Below, piece after piece: positions 1 to 13,179 of a DNA stretch of 64,000 bases. Position 1 is the first letter of the stretch. Each line of letters opens with the position of its first letter. The translations under genes and the position numbers were made by a program. The notes under the pieces are model-generated. The model did no database searches. It worked only from the letters and a program-made list of their open reading frames with translations, and was not told the origin of the DNA. The DNA is from the human T2T-CHM13v2.0 reference genome, Homo sapiens: NCBI RefSeq assembly GCF_009914755.1, contig NC_060925.1. The stretch is one strand, 5' to 3'.

Positions 1-1165
1 CACAAACTTGCATATGCTCAGTCCACAAGCAACACCCCCGCAGCTGGCATCTAAACCCTTGGTAAAGCTCTTGGCTACAGAGTGCTCGTTGATGACATTT
101 CATCTCCAAGGCTCTCCTTGACTTTCCTTTCACTGATACAAGGTAATGCAGCTTGAAGCCTCCTACTTTAGCTTGCAGCACAGGGGGTCATTAGTGAGGG
201 GTAATGCTGTATTCACATGCTGGTTACCTGTTTGTCTTGTCTTCTCTTTTCTGACAACACACAGCAGGCAAGGCCTTATCATCCTTTGATGAGTAAGGAC
301 AGCTATCTTCTTCAAAGGGCTGGAGTCTCAAAATGAGATGGTCCTTTAGATTTTTCAGTCCCAACTCTTTCATGAAATTGTACCAAGATCCTGATTTCCT
401 AAGCAGACATGGGTCAGGAACTTCATTATTGCCCTTTAATAGATTATATGTTAGTAGGTGCTTGATAAAATCCATATTGAACAGGACCTGAATGTGAGTC
501 CATCCTTGGAGCCACTGCTCTGCCCCTGAAACTTTCTCTGTCCTAGCCCTTCAGCTTTCCCTTCCTGCTGGAGTTCTGCCACTCCTGCAGGGCTATGAAA
601 TTCAATTGTGAAAACATCTCTCCAGACCTCTTCATCAGTTCTTCCTAACAACTCTAAGCCTCTAATACTTGTGCTTAGACTATTTTTAACTTTTCCTTTC
701 TTTTAAAAAATTACACCAGAGGAGCTTAATGAGCCCTACTTAACTTTTCGTAGAAAAAGAAAATTTGCAGACATTAACCAATAAGTGCGACTGAACACCA
801 TGGTTAGCTGGCACGCCTCTGAAAACCTGCCTTCTCCCTGTGCAATACAATAGTTTATTTTTGGACAGCAGCCTCCACACAACATCATGAACACACAACA
901 CTGGGGTTTATAATGAACTTAAAAGAAAGTGAAGATTTATGTGAGAGGTTTAGAGGAGGAACTCAGGGTTGCAGAGGGCAGGGTGTGGGAAGGAGGGACG
1001 AGTTCCTGGGCAATGAGAAGTCCTGGCTGCCCAAAGCTGCTTCCAGCATGTTGCACCTCCAGATTCTTTATCTTTGCTTTGAATCAGCCAGGAGTATGAA
1101 TGATATGAAGCAAGTGGGAGAAAATAAGCAAGATTTCAGATTTTTGTTCATTATCATGTAAAACT

Positions 1166-1209
1166 AACACACACATAGACACGCATACACCACCACCACC
1201 ACCACCACG
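1166..1209. repeat. (CA)n/(CAC)n microsatellite
   Basis: acacacacatagacacgcatacaccaccaccaccaccaccac. Confidence 0.8.
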
Positions 1210-3074
1210 AAAACCAGCAACTAGCCAAACAAAAAAGAGCTTGAGCTCTTACAAAGAATAAAGCACTGTGGCAATAAACATTTTCATCATTCCTCCATCC
1301 AAACTCAAGAGTCCCTTTGGGTCAAAGTTGATTCTAAGGAAAGGTTCTCAGCTGTCCTGCAAGGCAAGAGGTCCAAGTCACAAATTACAGGACTGCCCCC
1401 ATTCGTGTCATAGCAGTTAGGACATGACCATTTGCCCTCTGGATTTTAGCTGAAGTATCATGGAGGTCTTTCCAGGCATGAAAGTAAAGCCCTATTCTTA
1501 ATAGTGCTCGTACCCAACCATGCTATTTGTTCCAAAGTCGCCTGATTACTTTCCCTATTATCACCATGACCTTCTAAATTGGGGCTCAGCCATGCCTTTA
1601 CCTAATGGGGTTACAATAAACCATCTCTGACCTGGGGTTTGTGAACGCAGTGTGAGGCATGCAAACACAGCCTTATTTAAGTGCTACTGGTGTGTCTAAG
1701 GTCTGGGGACCAGAGAGGGAGGAAGTTAGACTTCAGCAGTGCAAGACCTTCCTCTCTTGATAATTAGCCCATTCTCTCTGAACAGTGTTAGTGTTATAAT
1801 GTACCATTCTTTAGAATTTTTCTTTAGAATCCATATTATTTCAAGCATTCCATGATAACTCAGAAGATAAAAGTGCTTGCTCAAAGCAGGACAAAGTACT
1901 GTCTGGCTGTGTTGGCTAAAAGAAAAGATTTTTAAGATGCTAAGAAATAAAGGAGAAATTTGTACATGACAGGAATAATTTTTAAGTTTATTACCATAAC
2001 AAATTACTTGTGATCAAAATGAGTGTGAAGTATTTATTCTTGATGTATACAACTTTGATTAATTAATCAAAAGGAGACAGGATAAGAAGAGCAATTCTTT
2101 TGAGTTGCCACTCAAGTCTAGTGCTCATAATGAAAAAGGCAAAGAGTTTCATGTTTAGACTCTTGATGAGAGGTTAAAAAGTCAACAAACCTCCATCAAA
2201 AAAAGCAATTTTCTGAGTTCTTTACTTGCATGTTTGCTAGTGAGGCAAAAGCAGCCAAGGCTTTTGTTTTATGCACAGTGTAAACAGAAATTGTGTAATC
2301 CTTATTCAATGGCTCATTGAATTTAGGTTTAGAATGGGCCTCATTGCTTGTCCCATGCTACCTGATAGAATGGAGATGAAGACAAGCTCTGTGCCTGTGC
2401 TCATACTGTTCCCTCTGTTGGTAGAACCTTCCCTGTTTTATCCGCTAGGTGAACTTCTGTTCATCTTTTGGGACCCAGCAAAAAACACCATCTCCTCTCT
2501 GAAGGTTCCCTTGATGCACCCAAGGCGAAGTATAATCTTTCTATCTGAATTTCTGTCTCGCCTCACAGACTGTGGGCTCATAAAGATGCAAGAATATGCT
2601 TTATTGATATGTGCATTTTGAGCACAATGGTTGGCTCACAGTAAGCAAGTACTCAATAAAGGTTATTATTGATCATGTATATAAATAAATGCTTTTTGAA
2701 GGCATGCATATATGGCAATGACAAGGAGAACAAATAACAAAAAGAATCGAACATAGGCATTATTTCATAAATTAATAATCACTGATTCATCACTGTGAAA
2801 GGCAGTGGGGGAGACTGAAGAAACTTAAGACAGAGTCTAGGTCCTAGTTGGGAGAGTTAAATGAAACCTACATGAAATAGCAGGGAACACAAAAAGCAAT
2901 ATGTGATTGCATCTTACAGTTAATGGTTCAGAGTAATGAGGGTAGGTGTCAGAGCTTTGAGTTCTACCCCTCTCCAAGAGGATTACCCCAATCCAATGTT
3001 TACCACTCAAACAGCTGTCAGAATCCTTTTCTGGGTTGTTCCTCACCCTACTTTGCACTTTGTTCTGGATGGTA

Positions 3075-3200
3075 AAAGGTGCTGGAAATCTAGGCATTTA
3101 TGTGAAATCTCCTGATTACTAAATATCAGCAACTAATTTTAAAAATCTTAGAACACTGTGTAGTGAAAACACATTTGTAGGCTTTGGGTCTACAGCTTGT
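3075..3200 (+). mobile_element. hAT-Charlie DNA transposon fragment (MER103-like)
   Basis: ggaaatctaggcatttatgtgaaatctcctgatt...gcaactaatt motif; a similar copy lies at ~21870-22050. Confidence 0.55.
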
Positions 3201-3449
3201 CAGCCAGGTGTCACACAAGAAGAGAAGAAAGACTAACATAGTTAACTCATAAAACTCTTACTCCATTTAAAGAGAAGAAAGATCAGATTTTAGGAGATAG
3301 GTAAATGTTACTGAGGAAAGTGTCAGGAGAACTATCTGTTGATATGCTGGAGAAAAACTTCCAGGGGATATAATAGAGGCTCAGGAATGGGAGGTAGCTG
3401 GTCAACTAGTCTCAAGAATGGATGATTTAGACTCATAGTCTCAGCTCCC

Positions 3450-4011
3450 TGTATGAGTAAGGATTTTCTCAAGAAATGGATCTAATAGCATATTTATATA
3501 GAGATATGTAAAAGAGGATTTATGATGGGAATTGGCTCATGTGATTATGGAGGCTAAGCAGTCCCACGATCTGCAAACTGGAGAACTGGGCAAACCAGCA
3601 GTGTAATTCAGTCTGAGGCCAGAGAACTGAGAACCGGGGGAGCCAATGGCATAATTCTCAGTCTGAGGCTGCAGGCCTGACATCCTAGGGGGGCCATTAG
3701 TGCAAGGCCGGGAGTCTGAAGGCCTGAGAGCCTGGAGTTCTGATGTCCAAGGACAGGAGAAGATGGCTGTCCCAGCTCCAGGAAGGAATTTGAATTTGCA
3801 TTTCCTTTGCCTTTTTGTTCTATCTGGACTCTCAACTGATTGGATGGTGCTGGCTTTCATTGGGTGAAGATGGATCTTCCTTACTCAGTCCACTGATTCA
3901 AATGCCGGTGTCTTCTGGAAACACCCTCAGACATACCCAGAAATAATGCCTTACCAGCAATCTGGGTATCTCTTAACCTAATCAAATTGACACTTAAATG
4001 TAAGCATCACA
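3450..4011 (-). mobile_element. Solo LTR, MLT2B-like (ERVL)
   Basis: TG...CA termini, MLT2 hallmark gattatggaggct...gtcccacgatctgc, intact 5-bp TSD CTCCC (3445-3449 / 4012-4016). Confidence 0.88.
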
Positions 4012-4939
4012 CTCCCCTTTGGCTTAGGTTCCCTGCCTGAGCTGAGCAAGGGCACCAACTTCGAGAATGATCAGCAACAGGAGACAGGACTGCTGCCTTC
4101 TTCTGTGCATCTGTGTTGCCCAAGGAGCCACTCACGTTAGGATAACACTGACTTTTAGTTCCATGGCGACAACCTCTCAGTCCGAACTTTATTTTCAAAT
4201 CATCTCCAGGTTTTGCTGCTTTGAGAAGCTGTCAGGTGAAATTTCAAACAATGCTCAGATATATTAATCTTTTAAAGCCAGAATGCTAGAATTTCACTCA
4301 TGAGTAAGAAAACCCCACAAGCTGGCTTCTCTCTTCCTGTTCCTACATTCCTCTCTCCAGCGCAGGCACTGCTCAGCCTCATCTTGACATTTAAGGTTTC
4401 TGGCTGTGCTCATCTTCTCTTCCCACAGACAAGAGCTATGAGGAGACATACTAACAAAGTAATTTCCATGTAGATTTCTAAACATTCAACTCACCATTTA
4501 GAAACAGCAATTACTCTTCCTTTTTTCAAGTGACCATACAAATCAGTTTGCTTTGGGAGCTTTTTAATTTTTTAAGAATTGCTCAATTCTTTTCTTATGG
4601 TGATTTTCTTGAGGATTTTTTTTTTTTTTTGCCATTTCAACTTTCTATTAGAAAAACTTAGATTCCCACTTGCTATTTTGTGTCATATCTGTGTTCCTTT
4701 ATTCTCACTTAAACCTTTTATTTTAGCCAATTAGAATACACAGCAGCCTTACCTCACATGACATTTTTAAAATAAATAATATGTTACAGGAAAATGAATG
4801 TTTAATCTGCTCTTATTCTTTTCACTATTGTGTTACTTTGTTTAAATGTTTTCCTTAATTAGAATATAATTTAGGACTTTGGAATTACTATTTAGCAATT
4901 TTGTTTACTTGTTAAGTCAGATCAGATTGTTTTTCCTTA

Positions 4940-5252
<313 letters not shown>

Positions 5253-5467
5253 AAGAGATTAGCAAAAATGGTAATGTTTTCCACTAAGTTTCATCTCCTG
5301 CCATGTCAACTACTAGGTGTTGTTTTAGTAATAGGTATGTATGATTTGGAAACTCTGAATATGAATGCCTTTTTTCAATTAACGAAACTCAGAGAACAGC
5401 ATGATGTGGAAAAATCTCTTCCTGGGAAAAATTTTCTCCTGCATTTACTATTGATTAGAAATCTGAA

Positions 5468-6660
5468 ATAAATTCATTAATTCATTATAAAATAATTATT
5501 CAGTGTGTACTATGTGCCAGACACTATTCTAAATACATGTGGGCAAAATAGATAAAATTTCCTATCCGCAAAAAGCTTATATTCTAGCAGGAAGAGATAG
5601 ATAATAAACAAAAAATATAATAAGCCAGTGATAAGTGCCCAAGGGAAAGTAATGAAGCAGGGTGATGGGAACGGAAGCAGGCAGGGAGTGGATTCCAATT
5701 TTAGATATGGTTGTCTGGGTATGCTTCTCTGAGTGACGTTTGGGTATGTGGTACATAGATCATGTAAGAACCTCACAAGTCACCGTAAGGACTTTGGCTT
5801 TACTCTGAGTAAAATGGGGAGTGATCACAGGGTTTGGGCAAAGGAGTGAGACAATCAAACATATGTTAAAATGATCACTCTGGCTGCTGCTGAGAATAGA
5901 CTGTGGGGAGGAACAGGATAGAAGCAGAACTACATAGACTAATTAGATGACTAACGAGTTAATCAAGGAGAGAGACGATGGTGGATGGGACCAAGGTGGT
6001 AGCCGTGGAAGTGCATAGTTACAAAGTAGAGCCAACAGAATTTCCTATTTCAATGTGAGTTGCATGAGATAAAGAGTCAAGGATAACTTGGGGCTTTTAG
6101 TCCAGGCAACTGGAAGAATGGAATTGCCATTTAGTAAGGGGGTAAAGCTGTGTGGGATGCACAAGTTTTGGGGAGAAATCAGGAGTTCAGTTTTGAACAT
6201 GTGGAGTTTGAGGTGTCTATTAGACGTGAAAGTAGGAAACCCAACTAGGCAGTCAGAAACACAAGCTGGAGCTCAGGAAAGAGGACTGAGTAAGAGACAT
6301 AAATGCAAAGTTGTTGGCATAGAAGGGGAATTCAAAGCTATATAACTGGATGAACTGATTGAAGGGAGTGAGTTTGGTGTCCTGAAAGGCAAGAGAAGTC
6401 CACTTGAAGAGGCAGTAGTATTCAATGGTGTCCAGTACTGCTGAGAGGTCAAGTAAGGACCAAGAATTGTTGACTGTATTTAGCAGTGTGGAAGTCATTG
6501 TTTTCCTTGGCAAGATCAGTTTTACTGATGCTTTGGGAGTAAAACCCTGATTCAATTAAGTTTAAGATGGGGGTGGGGGATGAATTGGAGACAATGAGTA
6601 GAGACAATTATTTTGAGATCCATTCATAGTAGAAGCAGGCAGGAAGGTGGAGTATATGGG
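5468..6660 (-). mobile_element. LINE L2 3' portion
   Basis: Reverse L2 tail (ttcatt...tactatgtgccagacactattcta) and typical purine-rich L2 body. Confidence 0.8.
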
Positions 6661-6802
6661 TACGAATTCATAGGCAGTTGAATTTGGTATATTTTCTTTT
6701 TTTACAGTTTATTGAAGGGAACACTTATTTCATGGTTACCTATTAAGATGCACCCACTCACTTAGATAGATAACCCTAATTTTACCACTCTCTCCGAATA
6801 CA

Positions 6803-6940
6803 TTTTTTATTTTTATTTAAATAGGGAAGGGGGTCTTGCTATGTTGACCAGTCTGATCTCAAACTCCTAGCCTCAAGCAATCCTCCCATCTCAGCCTCTC
6901 AAAGTGCTGGGATTACAGGAGTGAGCCACCACACCCAGCC
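6803..6940 (-). mobile_element. FLAM / Alu left monomer
   Basis: Single monomer ending ...gagccaccacacccagcc with a T-rich tail. Confidence 0.85.
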
Positions 6941-7258
6941 CTATGAATCCATTTTAGAAGGCGTAGATCCACTTCTTTCTTCTTTTTGTGGTTAAGACAT
7001 GTACCCTTAGTTTTTCTAGTTTCAATTTCGCCATATTATTTCTAACTATAGCAGTCTGGCAATTTCCCTTCCTCTTTGGACTTGATGTTGTGTCATACTC
7101 GCGGAGGGTTATCCCCCACATCCCGTCCAGCTCCATTTCCTCCACAGTGCTTCTCCCCTTTCAACCTGCTCATTGCTAGTCTAGTCATTTCAATTTCCTT
7201 AGCTGTGAGGAATGGAGACAGTTTGCCTCTTTAGCTACCTATAAGGCTAAGAGTTTAA

Positions 7259-7498
7259 GCCTGGGCAACATAGTGAGGTCCTGTCTCTACAAAATTTTTT
7301 GTTTTAAAATAGCTGGGCATGATGGTGCATGCTGTGGTCCTAGCTCTTGGGAGGCTGAGGTGGGAGGATTGCTTGAGCCAAGAGGTTTGGGCTACAGAGA
7401 GTGGTGATGGCGCCACTGCACTCCAGGCTGGGTGACAGGGCAAGAACCTGTCTCGGAAAACAAACAAACAACAAACAAACAAACAAAAAACAACCCGC
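7259..7498 (+). mobile_element. 5'-truncated AluJ with (CAAA)n tail
   Basis: gggaggattgcttgagcc diagnostic; TSD AAGAGTTTAA (7249-7258 / 7499-7508). Confidence 0.88.
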
Positions 7499-7522
7499 AA
7501 GAGTTTAAATAAGTCTGAGAAG

Positions 7523-7580
7523 TGAAATGGGTTTAACCCATATAAAGAAAGTTTGAAATGGGTCTAACCCATATAAAGAA
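7523..7580. repeat. 31-bp tandem duplication of a hairpin-containing unit
   Basis: tgaaatgggt(t/c)taacccatataaagaa twice. Confidence 0.85.
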
Positions 7581-7819
7581 TAGAAAGAACATTAAAGTAG
7601 TAGGTAGCGCAGGGGAGGAAAGAAAATGAGAAAACATTTGTTTTACCATTTACTTAGGCTGAACTCCTACCATGTAATTTTAAAGCATCATATGTATTGA
7701 GTTCCTGTCTTTTAAAAATAAAGTGCTCTAGATATTGCATATTATGTTAGTTATGTTATTAAGAGACACACTAGATTGAGAAATTTGATCACACTTATAA
7801 TATGTGGTTGTACTTAGGT

Positions 7820-7980
7820 AACATTTACTGAGCGATGCCTATTAAGCAGTTGGCTAAGCCCTTTCCACATATTATGTCATTTAACTCTTTCCCTCATAAT
7901 CAACTGAGGTATGTATTAGTATTCCCATTTCAGAGATGAGGAAACTGAGAGAGGTGAGAGAGAGGCTCAAATAATTTGAA
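7820..7980 (-). mobile_element. MIR
   Basis: cccatttcagagatgaggaaactgag core. Confidence 0.75.
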
Positions 7981-8439
7981 ACTCTTCAGCATTACTACCA
8001 CTTTCAAGCAAATATACTGTACATTTATTTGTGTATGACTATGCAGGTATATCCATATTTAGCCCACCAGGGCTATTTTTCATTTTCCAACGAATTCATC
8101 ATGACATTACTCATAAGCCACCTCAGTGCATTTGAGATCAATTTATAAAGTTTGATTGCTGCAAAATTTTTCAAAAACATGTTTACAGATTATTGAAACC
8201 CATATTGCCTACCATATGTTAGGCACTCTGCTAGGTGATAAAATGGAAGAATGCAAAATCACTCCTCCAAGGAGCTCAGATTCTTCTTTTGTAGGAAAGT
8301 CAATTATTCATTCCCTCATTCAAAAGTATTATTGAGTGTCTTGGAGCATGCTATAGTTTAGGTAAGAACAAATCAAGTTAGAATCATCATACTTGGTAAG
8401 AGGAGATGCACAAATAATGCCCTTTATCTTACATGGTCC

Positions 8440-8680
8440 TTTTAGGCAGTACTGTGATTAAGTGCTTGGACCTCTAGAGCCAGGCCACCTGACCTAAAAA
8501 GGTAGCTCTGTCAGTTAAAGGCTATGTGGTATTGAGCTAGTCACAGAGCCTCTTTAAAGCCTTCTGTTTCCCATCTATTAGATGAGGATAGTATCTCATA
8601 GGGCTGCTGTGAAGACTTAAGGTATGTGTAAAGTATTTGGAAGAGGACCTACGTAAGTATTAGTTGTTATTGTTGATACA
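8440..8680 (+). mobile_element. MIR
   Basis: ctgtttcccatctattagatgaggat...atctcatagggctgctgtgaag core. Confidence 0.7.
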
Positions 8681-9008
8681 GATTTACCATGTGCTGAAAC
8701 AGTTGCCAATTCTCATAACAAGTAGCAAAGGATAGTAAGTGCTCTATTTTTTGTTGAATAGAACTTCCTAGAAGCCATGTGTTTCTCTGTAGATATGTCT
8801 AGAGTAGCCTCAGATTCCTTTTCCATCATATTTCTTAATTCTGAACCCAACATCAAATCAGTTATTGTCCTTTGCTGCCTCCGTTCTGTTTTTTTGTGGA
8901 AAAGGGGAAACTGATGGGCTGATTTTTTTGTTTCTGTTTTTACATCATAGATAATCAGAGTTATTTTTCATTACTTATCATTGGTAGACTTCTTACTAGT
9001 TTGATCCA

Positions 9009-9682
<674 letters not shown>

Positions 9683-9689
9683 ATCCTTT

Positions 9690-10400
9690 AAATTTTTAAA
9701 ATTATTATTCTGATTATCAGAGTAATATGTGCTCAATATAAAAACAATTCAAACATACAGAACTTGATGAAAGGCCCTAGTAATCCCACACCCAGAGATA
9801 ATCACCATTAACAGCTTGTTATATATGCTTCCAGACTTCTTCTGAAGCATACATTTAATAACATGTATATCTTAATGCAAAAAAGTACAAAAAAATGGAA
9901 TCATACTATTCATATTGTTCTGCAGCCTCCTTTTTTTTCACTTATAGATTTTGGACATCCTTCCATGTAGGTACAAATAGATCTAGCTTATTTTTGTTAA
10001 TGGCTGCTTATGGTTTCCTTCTACAGATCTAGCAAAATTTGCTTAAACAGTTTCCTACTGGGACTTTATTATTTGATTTTTACACCATTACATGTTCCCA
10101 CTATTACAAACAATGTTGCAATAAGACACGTATATATATATTTTTGTACATGTGTAAATATTTCTGACATAATTTTTGCACAAATATGCTTAAAGCACAA
10201 ACTCTTAGACATGGACTTACCTATTCAAAGGGAACACACCTATTTATCAAAAATTTCCAAATTGTCCTCCAAAGGGGTTTGTCCAATTTCCTCTTACTTT
10301 TACAGTGTGTGAGTGTCTATTTCTCCACATTTGACTGTTTTCTGAATATCACTTTTTTCTTTTCTCGATTTATACCAATCTTAAAATCATGTTTTTCAAG
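9690..10400 (-). mobile_element. Old L1 (L1ME-like) 3' fragment
   Basis: cccagagataatcaccattaacag...aatggaatcatactat... L1M 3'UTR motifs. Confidence 0.65.
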
Positions 10401-10405
10401 TCTAG

Positions 10406-10759
<354 letters not shown>

Positions 10760-12291
10760 TATAATTTTTTTTTTTTTTTACAAACAGCAAAACATTCCAT
10801 ATTCATTATAATAGTGGGCTGTTTTCAATAAAAATATCACACCACTAGTTGTTAAGTTTTAAAAGACCTCTCATCTCTTAGATCAGCAAATCTGACACTG
10901 ATTAGATCACTTACACACACTCCCTGCCCATACACCTCCTTCTTGGCAGTGTGTGGAACAGGAGTGGCTGCTGGCAAGGAGGGTCGGGGAAGGAAAGTGA
11001 GAGCAAAAGGGCCGAGGGCTCAGAATCTGGTGGCATCTTGTAACGGGTCTCGGGCAGTCCCTTGAGTGTATTCTGGACCTCTCTGTTCATGTTCCTGTTT
11101 GGGCTGCTCTTCTTCACGTCCAATGCCTGAGGGCCAAGTGCTCACCATCCAAGGGTCAATTCTATCAGCTCCTCTCTGAATCCTTTTCTGAAACCCTGGA
11201 CAATCATTCTCTTTAATGTCTCACTGTCTCTGAACCGACACCTTCCTGAGTACCTGTAACATTTGTGCAGCATGCTTATTAAGAATATTTAGATGCTGGG
11301 TAAACGTTGATTGAACATTTGCTGACATGGAGAGATATTGGTAGAAGACAGATTAGACTTCCGATGGTTTACAGAAACACATGGATTCAGATAAAAGAAG
11401 ATATGAAAGCACTGGGTTGAACCACATATTTTATTACAACCAAATAACTCCAAATATCCCGCCTTAATTTATTTATTGGCCCCTGCCTCTGCTCACCCAC
11501 AAAAAAGACTGCAAATGAACCCCGATCCTACAACAACAACAACAAAAAACGGTGACATTATCGGGCTGCAAAACCCTCTTAGCATAGAATAATCTTTTCA
11601 TCTGCCTCTTTCAGATGTAACATATTTTTGACGAAAAGAATGGGATGAAAACGGCGGGCTCAGATAAAAACAAGAACCGACTTTCCAATACAGCTTCAAT
11701 AACAGACGGAACACATGAAGCTGAGAAACTCTCCATGCCAAGTAGTAGTTGTGTGTGCCCCAAAGCTCAGATAAGTACTTCTCCTTAGAGTTGGAAGGCA
11801 CTTAAGTGACTTTTTAACGTAATTCAACTCCCCACCCCCAGCGCCAAGTCTTAATATCAGAGTTTTAGTCGACGGGACAGCCTCCTTCGCCCAGGACGGG
11901 TGAAGGCTCCTGACCATGCCTCGCAGCTAACTGGCAGCTGCGCCTGCCCGGCACCGAGCCCTGCCCAGGTGGACGCTTGCGAGAGCATTACGGCGATGGT
12001 TATGTAGGCTGCCGTTCTTCCCCTCCCAAGCACCTGCTCCGCATCTAGCAGTCGCTCGCCGCCAGTCTCCAACCCCGGGTCCCCTCCCTCGCCACACAGA
12101 CCCCGTCCGGTCAGGCGCTGCAGGGCCACCGGAGAAAGCGCTCGCAATCACATGGAGGCCCGGGCCCGCCCCATTGGCTGCGGCCGGGCCAGTCGCGGCA
12201 CTCGCCGGCTGCGGTTGGTCCCAGAGCTGCAGCGCCTGCACGGGCCCGGAGTCCATGTTACGCTTTGTCTAATTCCCCTCGTTACAGAGTC

Positions 12292-12492
12292 ATGTGCTGC
12301 TGCTCCCGTCGCCGCTGCTGCCGCTGCCGCCGCCCGTGGTGCCCCGGCTCCTCCGCCGCGCTTCGAGGTGGCAGCCGCGGGCGGGGCCGCGGGAGCAGGG
12401 TCCAGGGTGCAGCGCGCCTTCGCCGCCCCGGCGCGTCCCGGTGCAGCCGCCGCCCGCCGCGGGTGATGCCGCCACCTCCGGCCTCAGCATAA
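12292..12492 (+). CDS. uORF, 66 aa, MCCCSRRRCCRCRRPW...MPPPPASA*
   Basis: True ATG at 12292 (G at -3) and TAA at 12490-12492, wholly within exon 1; in-frame second ATG at 12466. Translation not shown. Confidence 0.4.
   Translation: MCCCSRRRCCRCRRPWCPGSSAALRGGSRGRGRGSRVQGAARLRRPGASRCSRRPPRVMPPPPASA
12308..12334 (+). repeat. Imperfect (GCC/GCT)n triplet tract in 5'UTR
   Basis: gtcgccgctgctgccgctgccgccgcc. Confidence 0.8.
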
Positions 12493-12756
12493 GCCGTGGC
12501 TTGGCGGCCGAGCTGCACCCCAAGGTTGGTGCGCACCTCTCCCGGCAGGGGCCGGGGGCTGCGAGGGAAGGCGACGCGCAGGTGGAGCCGCGCCGAGCCG
12601 GAGCGCGCAACCCTGGCGCAGGCGCCGCGGCCCGAGCTGCGGTTGCGGCCGGGAACTCATTCGGGGACGTCCGGGGGTCGGGAGGAGGTGGCGGCGAGCG
12701 GAGTGGGCTCCCGTTTGCTGCCGCCAGGGCCTGGGAGATTGTTCCGCTTTCTGCAG

Positions 12757-12960
12757 TCTGAGCGTCGGCCGCTTCGGCCCCGGGCGGCCGGCCCTGCGGG
12801 AGGGGAGTGCGGCTTCCTGGCTCCTGAACCCCTCGCGCGCGCTCCCTTCTCTCACCTCCCTCCGCCCTATCGGAAAGGCGGGGAGAGCCGGTTTCGGCTC
12901 TGCTGGTTCCTCCCGGAGGTGGGTGTTTGGTGTCTGGCCTTGCTGGCCCGGCGTCCAAAG
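12757..12960 (+). other. Candidate alternative 5'UTR exon
   Basis: Acceptor ttccgctttctgcag| at 12756 and strong donor AAG|GTGAGC at 12960/12961; no ATG inside. Confidence 0.35.
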
Positions 12961-13179
12961 GTGAGCCCTTTAACTTCTCCAGAATCGCCTCCCCTCCGCT
13001 TCCTTCCTGTGCAGGGTGGGCTGCGCTGGGAGCCCGGCGGGCGGGGGCGGGGAGGTGAAGGCCCGCGCCCCGCCCCCCGCGCCTGTGGGAGGGAGCTGGG
13101 GGCCCGCAGGTGCACCCAGCCGTCCGCGGGCCGTCTCCGGGTTGGGTACCGGTATAATCCGCTTCTAGCTTGTTTGGAG

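Larger units (their letters stand above)
12265..12524 (+). other. LRRC8D: Non-coding exon 1 (5'UTR)
   Basis: Donor CCCAAG|GTTGGT at 12524/12525 inside the CpG island, downstream of GC and CCAAT boxes; start approximate. Confidence 0.75.

Noticed and set aside
224-651. Minus-strand ORFs (83 and 66 aa) ending at a donor-like CAG|GTAACC (228/227)
   Set aside because: No recognisable protein family, the two ORFs are in different frames, and there is no convincing acceptor or partner exon
12152-12466. 104-aa ATG ORF with poly-Ala whose stop overlaps the next ATG (TGATG)
   Set aside because: The ATG lies upstream of the GC and CCAAT boxes, so probably outside the transcript
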